Part shown: one piece after another, positions 9,565 through 18,944 of the stretch
Numbering within the stretch: position 1 is the first letter of the stretch
Layout: each line of letters begins with the position of its first letter
Assembly (NCBI GenBank): GCA_965652295.1
Contig: CBFGTS010000001.1
Location: forward strand, 192,001-256,000
From: an uncultured Haloferula sp.
GTDB lineage: Bacteria; Verrucomicrobiota; Verrucomicrobiia; Verrucomicrobiales; Akkermansiaceae
Reading direction: 5' to 3'
Length of the DNA: 64,000 nucleotides
The notes under the pieces: generated by a model
Told to the model about the DNA's origin: nothing
Databases searched by the model: none
What the model saw: only the letters and a program-made list of their open reading frames with translations
Made by a program: the position numbers and the translations under genes

Positions 9565-9644
9565 GTAGTTCCCCCTTCAGGGGGTGGCGGAGAGCAGGGC
9601 TGCCGGTTCGCTCGGGCAGCGCAGCCCCCTGAAGGGGGAACTAC
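9565..9644. repeat. GTAG-type REP doublet (REPIN-like)
   Basis: Perfect 20-bp inverted pair GTAGTTCCCCCTTCAGGGGG (9565-9584) / CCCCCTGAAGGGGGAACTAC (9625-9644); each arm is internally palindromic. Confidence 0.8.
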
Positions 9645-9663
9645 GTGCGGGTGATGGCGGGCT

Positions 9664-10569
9664 TCAAGGGACGGGAGTGCTTTGCAAGGCGGAGCGGATC
9701 AGCGGTTCGGGATCGGAGGCGTCGGCGGGGAGGAGGCGGTGGCGGAGAATGGCGGGGAAGACGCGCTGGACGTGGTCGGGATGGACGGCGGCGGCACCCT
9801 CCATGAAGGCGGCGGCACGGGCGGCCTGCATTACGGCGAGAGCGGCGCGGATGGAAACGGTGGCGTCGCTGCCGGCGAGGCGACGCAGAGTCTCACAAAG
9901 TTCGGTGATGTAGCCGGCGATCGTTTCGGATACGGGAACGCGGCGGACCTGCTGTTGAAGGTCGAGGATTTCCGCGGGATCCAGCAGCGCCTCAAGGTTG
10001 ACGTCGAGCTTGCCGGCGGCGTGCTCCAGCAGGATGCGGTTCTGGGTTTCCGCGGCCGGGAGCCCCATGTGAATGGAGAGCAGGAAGCGATCGAGCTGCG
10101 GCTCAGGCAGCGGGAAGGTGCCGTGGAGGTCGGTGTCGTTGCGGGTGGCGATGACGAAAAACGGTTCGGGCAGCGGTCGCGTGACGCCATCGAGCGTGAC
10201 TTGATGCTCGTTCATGCACTCGAGCAGCGCGCTCTGGACGCGGGGCGAGGTGCGGTTGATCTCATCGGCCAGCAGGCAGTGGGTGAAAACCGGGCCGGGG
10301 ATGAACTCGAAGTCGCCGCGGTCCATGCGGTAGAGCGAGTAGCCGAGGAGGTCGGCGGGAAGCAGGTCGGGCGTGAACTGGACGCGCTTGAAACGACCGC
10401 CGGTGGAGCTGGCGAGAGTGTGGGCGAGCGAGGTTTTTCCAATGCCGGGCGGTCCCTCGATCAACACGTGTCCGCGGGCCAGCAGGGCGATGAGGAGGAG
10501 CGACGCGGCATCCTCCGAGCCGAGTACGGTGGCGGTGAGACGATCGTGGAGGGTGTGGATGGACTGCAT
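9664..10569 (-). CDS. MoxR family AAA+ ATPase
   Basis: GHVLIEGPPGIGKT, RVQFTPDLLPAD, LADEINR, FPLPEPQLDRF. Confidence 0.92.
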   Translation of the reverse strand: MQSIHTLHDRLTATVLGSEDAASLLLIALLARGHVLIEGPPGIGKTSLAHTLASSTGGRFKRVQFTPDLLPADLLGYSLYRMDRGDFEFIPGPVFTHCLLADEINRTSPRVQSALLECMNEHQVTLDGVTRPLPEPFFVIATRNDTDLHGTFPLPEPQLDRFLLSIHMGLPAAETQNRILLEHAAGKLDVNLEALLDPAEILDLQQQVRRVPVSETIAGYITELCETLRRLAGSDATVSIRAALAVMQAARAAAFMEGAAAVHPDHVQRVFPAILRHRLLPADASDPEPLIRSALQSTPVP

Positions 10570-10585
10570 GGGCGGGGCGGGCGAG

Positions 10586-11170
10586 CTAAGGCTCGCGGTC
10601 CAATTCGGAAGCAACCTTTTTGATGGCCTCGGGGTAGAGCCGGTGTTCCTCGACCTGGATCCGGGCGTGGAGGGTCTCGGCCGTATCGCCGGGCAAGACC
10701 GGGACTTTGGCCTGGAGAATGGCGGGGCCGGTATCCATCCCGGCATCGACGTAGTGGACGGTGCAGCCGCTTTCGGTGACCCCGGCTTCGATGGCCTGCT
10801 GCCAGGCGGCGACGCCGGGAAACGCCGGCAGAAGGGCGGGGTGGATGTTCAGGATGCGGTCGGGAAAGGCGTCGAGCAGCGGTTGCTTCACGAGGCGCAT
10901 GAAGCCGGCCAGGCAAACAAGATCACACCCGGCGGCTTTCAGTGCGGCGGCGGTTTCATGCTGCGCTTCATCGGGAAACTTCGTTTTGAAACCCCGGCAG
11001 TCGATGAGTTGCGTGGGGACGCCGTGTTTTGCGGCCCGTTCAAGGATGTAGGCGTCCGGAACGTCGGACATGACGAGGGCGATCTCGGCATCGAGAGTGC
11101 CGGCTGCGATCGCGTCGAGGATGGCCTGCATGTTCGAGCCGGAGCCGGAGCCGAGAATGCCAATGCGCAT
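10586..11170 (-). CDS. purN: Phosphoribosylglycinamide formyltransferase
   Basis: GSGSGSNMQAI, LAGFMR, NIHPALLP, GCTVHYVD. Confidence 0.95.
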   Translation of the reverse strand: MRIGILGSGSGSNMQAILDAIAAGTLDAEIALVMSDVPDAYILERAAKHGVPTQLIDCRGFKTKFPDEAQHETAAALKAAGCDLVCLAGFMRLVKQPLLDAFPDRILNIHPALLPAFPGVAAWQQAIEAGVTESGCTVHYVDAGMDTGPAILQAKVPVLPGDTAETLHARIQVEEHRLYPEAIKKVASELDREP

Positions 11171-11241
11171 GGCGGTAGTCAGGCGGGCGGAGGGGGAACT
11201 TCAAAGTGCAAAATCCGGGAGGATGGATAGGGTGGCTGGAG

Positions 11242-13455
11242 ATGGACGAACCGAGCGTGGGCAAACCGAAGGGCTGGGCGGCGGGGCTGCCGGGGGTGGC
11301 TTCATCGCTGAAGCACGTGATCGGGCGCGACGGCATCGTGCGGGGGAGCAAGGCGCTGCTGGAACTCAATCAGATCGGCGGCTTCGACTGCCCGAGCTGT
11401 GCCTGGCCGGATCCGGACGGTGAGCGGTCGGTGGCGGAGTTCTGCGAAAACGGCGCCAAGGCAGTGGCGTCCGAGGCGATGCGACGGACGATCGGCCGCG
11501 AGTTCTTTGCCGCCCATTCCGTCGCGGAGCTGCTGGAGAAGGACGATGCCTGGCATGATCAACAAGGCCGCCTGGCCGAGCCGATGCTGCTGCGAGCCGG
11601 CGCGACGCACTATCAACCGGTTACATGGGACGAGGCGATGGCCGTGCTGGCGGAGGAGCTGGGATCGCTCGGTTCGCCGGATGAGGCGTTGTTTTACACC
11701 TCCGGCCGCGCCAGCAACGAGGCCGCGTTTCTCTATCAAATGTTCGCCCGTGCGTTCGGGACGAACAACCTGCCGGATTGCTCGAACATGTGCCATGAGT
11801 CGAGCGGTGAGGCGCTGAAGCGCTCGATCGGGGTGGGCAAGGGCACGGTGACGCTCGACGATTTTCTGGAAGCCGATGTGATTCTCTGCGTCGGTCAGAA
11901 CCCGGGCACGAACCATCCGCGGATGCTCGGCACATTGGAGCAGGCGGTGAAACGCGGCTCGAGGCTGGTCGCCATCAATCCCATGAAGGAAGCCGGCTTG
12001 ATGGGCTTCGCGCATCCGCAAACGGTCGCCGGGATGCTGGGGAAAGCCACGCCGCTGGCCTCGATGTATCTCCAGGTCCGGGTGAACGGCGACTTCGCGC
12101 TTTTCCGCGGCATTGCCAAATGCCTGGAGCCGGACGGGGATTTCGTGGCGCGGCACACGCTCGGCTACGAGGCTTACCGTAGTTCGGTGGAGGCCACCCC
12201 GTGGGATCGCATCGAGGCGCTTTCCGGGGTTTCCCGTGGGGAGATCGAAGCGCTGGCGGCGCTGATGGCTTCCCGTGAAAAGCGGGTGATCACCTGTTGG
12301 GCGATGGGGCTGACGCAGCATCGCAATGCCGTGGCGACGATCCGCGAGATCGTGAACGTCCATCTGATGCTTGGCGCGGTCGGCAGGCCGGGAGCGGGGC
12401 TCTGCCCGGTGCGCGGACACAGCAACGTGCAGGGCGATCGCACGGTGGGGATCTGGGAGAAAATGCCGGAGGGTTTTCTAGCGGCGCTCGATGCAAAGGC
12501 GGGCATGGTTTCACCCCGAAACCACGGGCACGACACGGTGGCCTCGATCCTGGCGATGCACCGGGGCGAGGCGAAGGTGTTCGTCGGCCTCGGTGGGAAT
12601 TTCGCGCAGGCGGCACCGGACAGCACGTTCACGGCGGAAGCGCTGCGGAAATGCCGCCTGACCTGTCATGTTTCGACGAAGCTCAACCGCAGTCACCTGA
12701 TCCACGGGCGGCGCGGGCTGATCCTGCCGTGCCTGGGGCGCAGCGAGGACGATGACGGGCGCTTCGTGAGTTGTGAGAACTCGATGGGCGTCGTCCAGAT
12801 GTCCCGGGGAAAACTTCGGCCCGCGTCCGGCTCGTTGCTCTCCGAAGCGGAGATCGTCGCCCGGATGGCGGAGGCGGTGGTGGGGGATGTGGGAAACATC
12901 CGCTGGCGTTGGCTGGCGGCGGACTACGATCGGATCCGCGAATGGATCGAGGCGGTGGTTCCGGGTTTCGAGAATTACAATCGGCGGGTCCGCGAGCCGG
13001 GCGGATTCTATCTGCCAAATGCCGCGAAGCAGCGGGTGTGGGGCACGGATTCGGGAAAAGCGGAGTTTTCCGCGGGCGGGATCGATGCCTTCGATCCGGG
13101 TGCGGGCCGGCTGGTGCTCCAGACGCTGCGCAGCCACGACCAGTTCAACACGACCGTCTATGGCAACTACGACCGCTACCGCGGGATCGCCAACGCGCGG
13201 AAGATCGTGTTCGTGAACCCGGAGGATTTGAAGCAGCGCGGGATCGGGCCGATGAAGCCGGTCCGCATCACGAGCTACTGGGAAGATCGTAGCAGGAGTG
13301 TTGAAGGATTTCTCGCCGTGCCCTACGAGATGCCGCGCGGGATGGCGGCGGCGTATTTCCCGGAAGCGAACGAGCTGGTGCCGGTGGGCAGCGTGGCGGA
13401 GGGAAGCAACACGCCGACGAGCAAGAGCGTGGCGGTGGAGATCAAGGAGGTGTGA
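11242..13455 (+). CDS. FdhF/YdeP family molybdopterin oxidoreductase
   Basis: GFDCPSCAWPD, FCENGAKA, NNLPDCSNMCHE, RGHSNVQG, LRSHDQFNTTVY. Confidence 0.92.
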   Translation: MDEPSVGKPKGWAAGLPGVASSLKHVIGRDGIVRGSKALLELNQIGGFDCPSCAWPDPDGERSVAEFCENGAKAVASEAMRRTIGREFFAAHSVAELLEKDDAWHDQQGRLAEPMLLRAGATHYQPVTWDEAMAVLAEELGSLGSPDEALFYTSGRASNEAAFLYQMFARAFGTNNLPDCSNMCHESSGEALKRSIGVGKGTVTLDDFLEADVILCVGQNPGTNHPRMLGTLEQAVKRGSRLVAINPMKEAGLMGFAHPQTVAGMLGKATPLASMYLQVRVNGDFALFRGIAKCLEPDGDFVARHTLGYEAYRSSVEATPWDRIEALSGVSRGEIEALAALMASREKRVITCWAMGLTQHRNAVATIREIVNVHLMLGAVGRPGAGLCPVRGHSNVQGDRTVGIWEKMPEGFLAALDAKAGMVSPRNHGHDTVASILAMHRGEAKVFVGLGGNFAQAAPDSTFTAEALRKCRLTCHVSTKLNRSHLIHGRRGLILPCLGRSEDDDGRFVSCENSMGVVQMSRGKLRPASGSLLSEAEIVARMAEAVVGDVGNIRWRWLAADYDRIREWIEAVVPGFENYNRRVREPGGFYLPNAAKQRVWGTDSGKAEFSAGGIDAFDPGAGRLVLQTLRSHDQFNTTVYGNYDRYRGIANARKIVFVNPEDLKQRGIGPMKPVRITSYWEDRSRSVEGFLAVPYEMPRGMAAAYFPEANELVPVGSVAEGSNTPTSKSVAVEIKEV

Positions 13456-13458
13456 GGG

Positions 13459-13553
13459 TAAGGAGAGCGGGTTTGCAACCCGCTTTTATTCCCCACCCAC
13501 TGATTGTTCGGTCGGTGGGTAAGAAGGGGCGGCTTTCAAAGCCGCTCTCCTTA
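13459..13553. repeat. GGAG-type REP doublet between convergent genes
   Basis: GGAGAGCGGGTTTGCAACCCGC (13462-13483) inverted against GCGGCTTTCAAAGCCGCTCTCC (13529-13550). Confidence 0.7.
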
Positions 13554-15617
13554 TTGAAGATTCTCTTCAAGAAACGCCCACTGGTCGGCGGTGAGCTGGA
13601 TGATTTTATCGAGCGCGGTGCCGGCACCATGGCCGGCACTGGTCTCGATGCGGATCAGCACCGGCGGGCCGTCCTCGACCTGACAGGCCTGGAGGCGGGC
13701 GGCGAACTTGAAGCTGTGGGCAGGCACGACGCGGTCGTCGTGGTCGGCGGTGGTGACCAGCGTGGCGGGGTAGCGGGTGCCGGGCTCAAGGTTGTGGTAG
13801 GGGGAAATCCGGAGAAGGTTGGCGAATTCGGCGGGGTCCTCGGGATCGCCGTAGTCGCGCTTCCATGCCCAGCCGATCGTGAACTTGTGGAAACGTAGCA
13901 GATCCATCACGCCGACGGCGGGAAGGCAGGCTCCGAAGAGCTCCGGACGCTGGGTCATGCAGACCCCGACGAGCAGACCGCCGTTGCTACCGCCCTGGAT
14001 GGCGAGATTACTGGATGTGCAGTATTTTTCCGACACAAGCCACTCGGCGACGGCAGTGAAGTCATCGTAGCTGGTCTGTTTCTTCAGGCGGATGGCCGAC
14101 TCGTGCCAGTCCTTTCCATATTCGCCGCCGCCGCGGATGCAAGCCTGGGCGAAGACGCCGCCGCGCTCCAGCCACACGGCGCGGGAGACGGAAAAGCCGG
14201 GCGTCATGGGGATGTTGAAACCGCCGTAACCGTAGAGCAGAGTGCGGTGCGAGCCGTCCATTTCGAGGCCCTTCTTGTGGACCAGGAACACCGGGATCTT
14301 CGTTCCGTCCTTGCTGGGAACGAAGACCTCGCGGGTCTCGTAGACGGAGCCGTCGAAGTCGAGTTCCGGGCTTTTCCAGAGGGTGCTCTTGCCGCTGGCG
14401 ATGTCGTAGCGGTAGATCGCGCCGGGATCGGTGAAGCTACTAAATCCGTAGTAGGTTGCCTCGTCGCCCTGCCGCCCGCCGAAGCCGCCGGCGGAGCCGA
14501 TGCCGGGCAGGCCGACCTTGCCGGTGCGGGTGCCGTCCAGCTCGTGCACGGCGACTTCCGTGTGCGCATCGACGAGGTAGCTGCAGATGAGCTTGCCGCC
14601 GACCATGGACGCCTCCTCCAACAGATCCTCGCCTTGCGGGACGATTTCCTTCCACTGCTCACGCGCCGGATTCCGGGTGTCGATGGCGATGATCCGATAG
14701 CGCGGGGCGTCGAGATTGGTGAGGAAATAAAAGGTCGGGCCGGTGTTTCCGATGAAGCCGTAGGAGGCGTCGGCATCCGGCAGCAGCTCGATGACTTCTC
14801 CCCCGGCGGCCTTGCGGTAGGCGACGCGGTTGTCGGTGGAGGTGCCGTCGTAGATATTGATGACGAGGAAGTCGCCGTCATCGGTGACGAAGGCGGAGAG
14901 GTTCCAGTCGGGGTGGTCGTCGCGCGTGTAAACGAGATCGTCCTCCTCCTGCGACGTGCCGATTTCGTGGGAATAGACCTGGTGGTTGCGGTTGCGTTCG
15001 GTGAGGGCGCCATCTCCCTCCGGCGCGGGATAGCGGCTGTAGAAGAAGCCGCTGTGATCGGGCAGCCAGGAGAGGCCGCTGAATTTGACCCATTTCAGGT
15101 GGTCCTCCAGATCCTCGCCGGTGGCGACGTCGCGCACGCGGACCTCGTTCCAGTCACTGCCGCCGCGGGAAATCGACCAGGCGAGGAGCTTGCCATCCCG
15201 GCTGGCCTGCCAGCTGGCGAGCGCGATGGTGCCGTCTTCGGAAAGGGCGTTGGGATCGATCAGCACCCGCGGCTCGGCATCGGGCCCGGAGGCGGTCATG
15301 AGGACGCTCTGATTCTGCAGGCCGGTGTTGTGGGTGTAGAACCACTGCCCGCCTTGTTCCTCCGGCAGGCCGAAACGTTCGAAGTTCCAGAGTTTGGCGA
15401 GCCGCTCGCGGATGGGTTCGCGCTGCGGGAGCTTTTCGAGATAGGCGAACGTGACGGCGTTCTGCGCCTTCACCCAGGCCTTGGTTTCTTCCGAGTTGTC
15501 ATCCTCAAGCCAGCGGTAGGGGTCGGCGACCTCCACGCCGTGGAGCGTTTCGACGAGGTCGGACGTGCGCGTGGCGGGGTAGTCGATGGCGGCGAGGGCG
15601 AGAAGAGGCATGAGCAT
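13551..15617 (-). CDS. Prolyl oligopeptidase (S9A)
   Basis: DPYRWLED, GGSNGGLL, DHDDRVVP, AGHG. Confidence 0.95.
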   Translation of the reverse strand: MLMPLLALAAIDYPATRTSDLVETLHGVEVADPYRWLEDDNSEETKAWVKAQNAVTFAYLEKLPQREPIRERLAKLWNFERFGLPEEQGGQWFYTHNTGLQNQSVLMTASGPDAEPRVLIDPNALSEDGTIALASWQASRDGKLLAWSISRGGSDWNEVRVRDVATGEDLEDHLKWVKFSGLSWLPDHSGFFYSRYPAPEGDGALTERNRNHQVYSHEIGTSQEEDDLVYTRDDHPDWNLSAFVTDDGDFLVINIYDGTSTDNRVAYRKAAGGEVIELLPDADASYGFIGNTGPTFYFLTNLDAPRYRIIAIDTRNPAREQWKEIVPQGEDLLEEASMVGGKLICSYLVDAHTEVAVHELDGTRTGKVGLPGIGSAGGFGGRQGDEATYYGFSSFTDPGAIYRYDIASGKSTLWKSPELDFDGSVYETREVFVPSKDGTKIPVFLVHKKGLEMDGSHRTLLYGYGGFNIPMTPGFSVSRAVWLERGGVFAQACIRGGGEYGKDWHESAIRLKKQTSYDDFTAVAEWLVSEKYCTSSNLAIQGGSNGGLLVGVCMTQRPELFGACLPAVGVMDLLRFHKFTIGWAWKRDYGDPEDPAEFANLLRISPYHNLEPGTRYPATLVTTADHDDRVVPAHSFKFAARLQACQVEDGPPVLIRIETSAGHGAGTALDKIIQLTADQWAFLEENLQ

Positions 15618-15628
15618 GGCGGAGGGAG

Positions 15629-16396
15629 TCAGCGTTGGAGATCGCCGGTGTAAAGGTTGAAGGTGGGTGGACGGAGAAAGGCGACGAGCGTCTGCCCGGA
15701 GTGCTGGGCGAACTCGACCGCCAGCGACGATGGCGCGGAAATGGCGGCGATCAAGGGAACGTGCGCGCCGAGGGCCTTCTGCATGATTTCGAAGGAGACG
15801 CGGCCGGAGACGAGGAGGAAGGATTCTTCTACGGCGAGTCCCGTAGTCAGCGCGTGGCCGATGAGCTTGTCGACCGCGTTGTGGCGGCCGACGTCCTCCC
15901 GCAGGGCGAGCATTTCGCCGGAGGCGGAGAAGAGCGCGGCGGCGTGGAGGCCGCCGGTGGTGTCGAAGGTTTCCTGCGCGGCGCGGAGTTTCGCCGGGGC
16001 GGCCAGCAGCGCGGAGGCGGGGAAGCGGACAGGGGTTTCGAGCGGCGGGAAGTCGTTGAAAATGCGGTCGATGCTGGCTTTTCCGCAGATCCCGCAGGAG
16101 GAGGCGCTGAAGAGGTTCCGCTGGAGCCGCTCCGAGTCGAAACTGGCGTCATCGTGGAGGAAAACCAGGGCGTGATTCGCGGTGGAACCCAGATCGATGC
16201 GGCGGATGGCGGCGGGTGACGGCAGGATGCCTTCGGTGACGAGGAATCCCCGGACGAGGTCGTCGTCGTGTCCCGGCGTTCGCATCACCACGGCGATCGG
16301 CAGGCCATCGAGCGTGATCTGCAGCGGCTCCTCCACGGCGACCCGCTCGTTTTTCGACGAGCCATCGGCGGCGCGGGCGGGGAAGGGGCGGTCCAT
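15629..16396 (-). CDS. fdhD: Formate dehydrogenase accessory sulfurtransferase
   Basis: MRTPG, SSCGICG, TGGLHAA, EDVGRHNAVDK. Confidence 0.93.
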   Translation of the reverse strand: MDRPFPARAADGSSKNERVAVEEPLQITLDGLPIAVVMRTPGHDDDLVRGFLVTEGILPSPAAIRRIDLGSTANHALVFLHDDASFDSERLQRNLFSASSCGICGKASIDRIFNDFPPLETPVRFPASALLAAPAKLRAAQETFDTTGGLHAAALFSASGEMLALREDVGRHNAVDKLIGHALTTGLAVEESFLLVSGRVSFEIMQKALGAHVPLIAAISAPSSLAVEFAQHSGQTLVAFLRPPTFNLYTGDLQR

Positions 16397-16473
16397 GGGT
16401 GGAAATGGGATTGCTTGCAGGATTGCGACAAAACACACCTGACGCAACGGCGATGACCGTGTAGCGTCGCGTC

Positions 16474-16683
16474 ATGAAGTTCGTCATCACCTTGGATCGC
16501 GATGAAGACGGGGCCTGGATCGCGGAATGTCCTTCGATCCCGGGCTGCATCAGCCAAGGGGAAACCCGGGAGGAGGCCGAGGCCAACATCCGGGAAGCCA
16601 TCGTGGGGTGCTTGGAAGTCAGGGCTGAGCAAGGAATGCCGCTGACTGTGGAAACGCGGACCGTCGAAGTCGCCGTCGCTTGA
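16474..16683 (+). CDS. hicB: HicB family antitoxin (short, no DNA-binding domain)
   Basis: WIAECPSIPGCISQGETREEAEANIREAI. Confidence 0.88.
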   Translation: MKFVITLDRDEDGAWIAECPSIPGCISQGETREEAEANIREAIVGCLEVRAEQGMPLTVETRTVEVAVA

Positions 16684-16687
16684 AATC

Positions 16688-16911
16688 GTGCCGCAACTTC
16701 CCACCATCAGTGGTCGAGAGGCCCTTGCTGCTTTTGAAGGGGATGGCTGGGTTTTCCAGCGTCAGCGGGGCAGCACATGATTCTCACCAAGCCAGGTCAC
16801 ATCGCGAGCCTGTCGATGCCGGACCACAAGGAGCTGGCGAAGGGAACGCTTCGCGGCTTGATCCGATCCGCCGGAATCACCGTCGAGCGCTTCCTCGAAC
16901 TGGTGGGGTGA
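16688..16911 (+). pseudogene. hicA: Frameshifted HicA family toxin
   Basis: GTG-start MPQLPTISGREALAAFEGDGWVFQRQRGS, then a 1-nt deletion at about 16774 (stop at 16778-16780); the shifted frame continues MILTKPGHIASLSMPDHKELAKGTLRGLIRSAGITVERFLELVG. Confidence 0.85.
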
Positions 16912-16932
16912 TCGGCCTTTTCTGAAGACTTT

Positions 16933-18021
16933 TCAAACATGCAGCCGCATCACGCGCGGAGTGATGCCGGTGAGGATTTCCCAGGCGATGGTGCCGGCTT
17001 TCGCGGCGATTTCATCGACGCGGATGTGCGGGCCGAAGCATTCGACTTCATCGCCGGTGGCGACGTCGGAGCCGGTCACGTCGATCATGATCTGGTCCAT
17101 GGTGACGCGGCCGATGACCGGGAAACGGCGGCCGCGGATGAAGACCTCCGCCCCGTTTCCTGAAAGCGAGCGCGGGTAGCCATCGCCGTAGCCGATGCCG
17201 ACGGTGGCGACTTCGGTCGGCCGTGTGGTGACGTAGGTGCGGCCGTAGGAAACTCCGTGGCCGGCGGGCAGCGTGCGGACGAGGGTGACGCGGGATTTGA
17301 GCGTCATGACGTTGCGCAGACGGTCGGCGTGGCCGGGCAGAGGGGAAATGCCGTAGGTCATCAGGCCGGGACGGACGAGATTGCAGGGCCCGAGGTCGTA
17401 GCCGAGGAGTCCGGCGCTGTTTCCGAGGTGGATCCAGCGGAAACGCTCCGCTCCGCCGAGGTGGGCGACGATTTCCGCGAAGCGGATGCACTGGCCGCGG
17501 GTGAAGTCCTCGTCTTCGTCGGCGCTCGGCAGGTGCGAGCCGATGCCCTCGATCTCGATGCCGGGCAGAGCTTCGAGCTCCGGCAACGCGGCGGGCAGCA
17601 GGTCGGCCACGAAGCCGCCGCGGCCCATGCCGGTATCGACGGCGAGGTGGCACTTCAGGCGGGTGCCGGCGGCGAGTTCGGAGAAATGCCGGGCTTCGTC
17701 GAGATTCGAAAGGCAGGGCGTCCAGCCGCGGGCAACGATTTCCTCGCGCTCCGCCTCCCAGGTGGCCCCGAGCAGGTAGATGCGCGTGGAAACGCCGGCA
17801 TCCGCGATGCGGCGGGCCTCGCCGACGTTGGCGACGCCGAAAAACGCGATGTCCTCCGCGGCGAGGCAGCGTGCAATTTCCTCAAGCCCATGGCCATAGG
17901 CACCGGCCTTGACCACGGCCATCACGGCGCAGCCGGAGATTTCGCGGGCGGTGGCAAGGTTGTGCTTGAGGGCGGAAAGGTCGATCTCCGCCCACGCGCG
18001 AGGTGGGGAAATGGCGGGCAT
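16933..18021 (-). CDS. alr: Alanine racemase
   Basis: AVVKAGAYGHG, DTGMGRGG, GYGDGYPR, GRVTMDQ. Confidence 0.95.
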   Translation of the reverse strand: MPAISPPRAWAEIDLSALKHNLATAREISGCAVMAVVKAGAYGHGLEEIARCLAAEDIAFFGVANVGEARRIADAGVSTRIYLLGATWEAEREEIVARGWTPCLSNLDEARHFSELAAGTRLKCHLAVDTGMGRGGFVADLLPAALPELEALPGIEIEGIGSHLPSADEDEDFTRGQCIRFAEIVAHLGGAERFRWIHLGNSAGLLGYDLGPCNLVRPGLMTYGISPLPGHADRLRNVMTLKSRVTLVRTLPAGHGVSYGRTYVTTRPTEVATVGIGYGDGYPRSLSGNGAEVFIRGRRFPVIGRVTMDQIMIDVTGSDVATGDEVECFGPHIRVDEIAAKAGTIAWEILTGITPRVMRLHV

Positions 18022-18113
18022 AGGTGGCGGGTGGAGTGGAGCGTCGATGGCCTGCCTCCGCAAGTGTTTGGCCTAGAATGAAGCCGCGGAATGGAGGGCG
18101 CTGACACCGATGG

Positions 18114-18515
18114 TCACCAAATCACCGTCAGCCCGTAGACTTCGGCCATTCTGTCGGAGCTGATCAGTTCCAAATCTTTCGCGAGAGCCTGGGTGAAGAT
18201 CATGCGGTCGAAGGGATCCCTGTGGTGGAGCGGGAGGGTCTCGATGAGCTTGCAGTGGCGAGGCTCGATGCCGATGCAGTCGATGCCCTGTTCGTGCAGA
18301 CCTTCGACCAGAGCCGTGTCCCAATCCGACGGAATGCGGAGATCGGAATGACTTCCTCTGATGCGCTTGAGTCCGATTTCCCAGAGGCTGACCACGCTGT
18401 AGAAGAGCGGCCCGACATCGAGATCCAGCAACCTTTGAGAGGCCCGCCGGGACAATAAATCCGGTCGATATCCCGCCCGCAGGACGGTCATGGTATCCAG
18501 CAATGCTCCCCTCAT
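18114..18515 (-). CDS. VapC/PIN domain toxin
   Basis: LLDT, SVVSLWEI, HHRDPFDRMI, ISSD. Confidence 0.88.
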   Translation of the reverse strand: MRGALLDTMTVLRAGYRPDLLSRRASQRLLDLDVGPLFYSVVSLWEIGLKRIRGSHSDLRIPSDWDTALVEGLHEQGIDCIGIEPRHCKLIETLPLHHRDPFDRMIFTQALAKDLELISSDRMAEVYGLTVIW

Positions 18516-18517
18516 CT

Positions 18518-18805
18518 TTACTCTCCCGTGCGCTCGTGCGGCGGATACGGTTTGTCGACCATGACGGAATCCATGAAGTCCCGGGCGATTTCATCGTCCA
18601 AGGCAGGATCGTCGAATCCTTCGATGCTGACCTTTTCCCCCGCCTTCAACGCGAAGCCCAGCACCCGCTTTTTTCGCGCCGGCAGTTCCGCCACCAGCCG
18701 GGCGACCGGCTTGTCCCGCCGGGCGATGATGACCTCCTCGCCCCGCTCGACGGCGGCGATCAACTTGGAAAGCTGGGTCTTGGCCTGGTGGATGGTGACT
18801 TTCAC
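18518..18805 (-). CDS. Phd/YefM family antitoxin
   Basis: VTIHQAKTQLSKLIAAVERGEEVIIARRDKPVARL. Confidence 0.9.
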   Translation of the reverse strand: MKVTIHQAKTQLSKLIAAVERGEEVIIARRDKPVARLVAELPARKKRVLGFALKAGEKVSIEGFDDPALDDEIARDFMDSVMVDKPYPPHERTGE

Positions 18806-18811
18806 GGCGGC

Positions 18812-18840
18812 AACTTAGCTAAGTTAGTCAGGTGGGTCAA
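18812..18840 (-). promoter_or_regulatory. Promoter and operator of the phd-vapC pair
   Basis: TTGACC-17nt-TAAGTT, 6 nt before the GTG start; perfect palindrome AACTTAGCTAAGTT (18812-18825) overlaps the -10. Confidence 0.75.
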
Positions 18841-18894
18841 TTCCACGGATCCCGCCGTCGGAAACCTGCGCAAATCCGGCCTCCGCCCCGGTGG

Positions 18895-18923
18895 TTGACC
18901 CGGTCGGGCGGCGTTGCTAGCGT
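18895..18923 (+). promoter_or_regulatory. Sigma70-like promoter of ileS
   Basis: TTGACC-17nt-TAGCGT. Confidence 0.65.
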
Positions 18924-18944
18924 CCGCGCCCTTTTCCTCCGAAC

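Noticed and set aside
14103..15653. Long antisense ORFs (also 2002..3111, 20094..21587, 35483..37279, 57924..59186, 61463..62956)
   Set aside because: They mirror well-supported genes; expected from high-GC codon bias; no family motifs
16680..16925. 81-aa ORF in the track
   Set aside because: Wrong frame; the real coding signal is the frameshifted hicA
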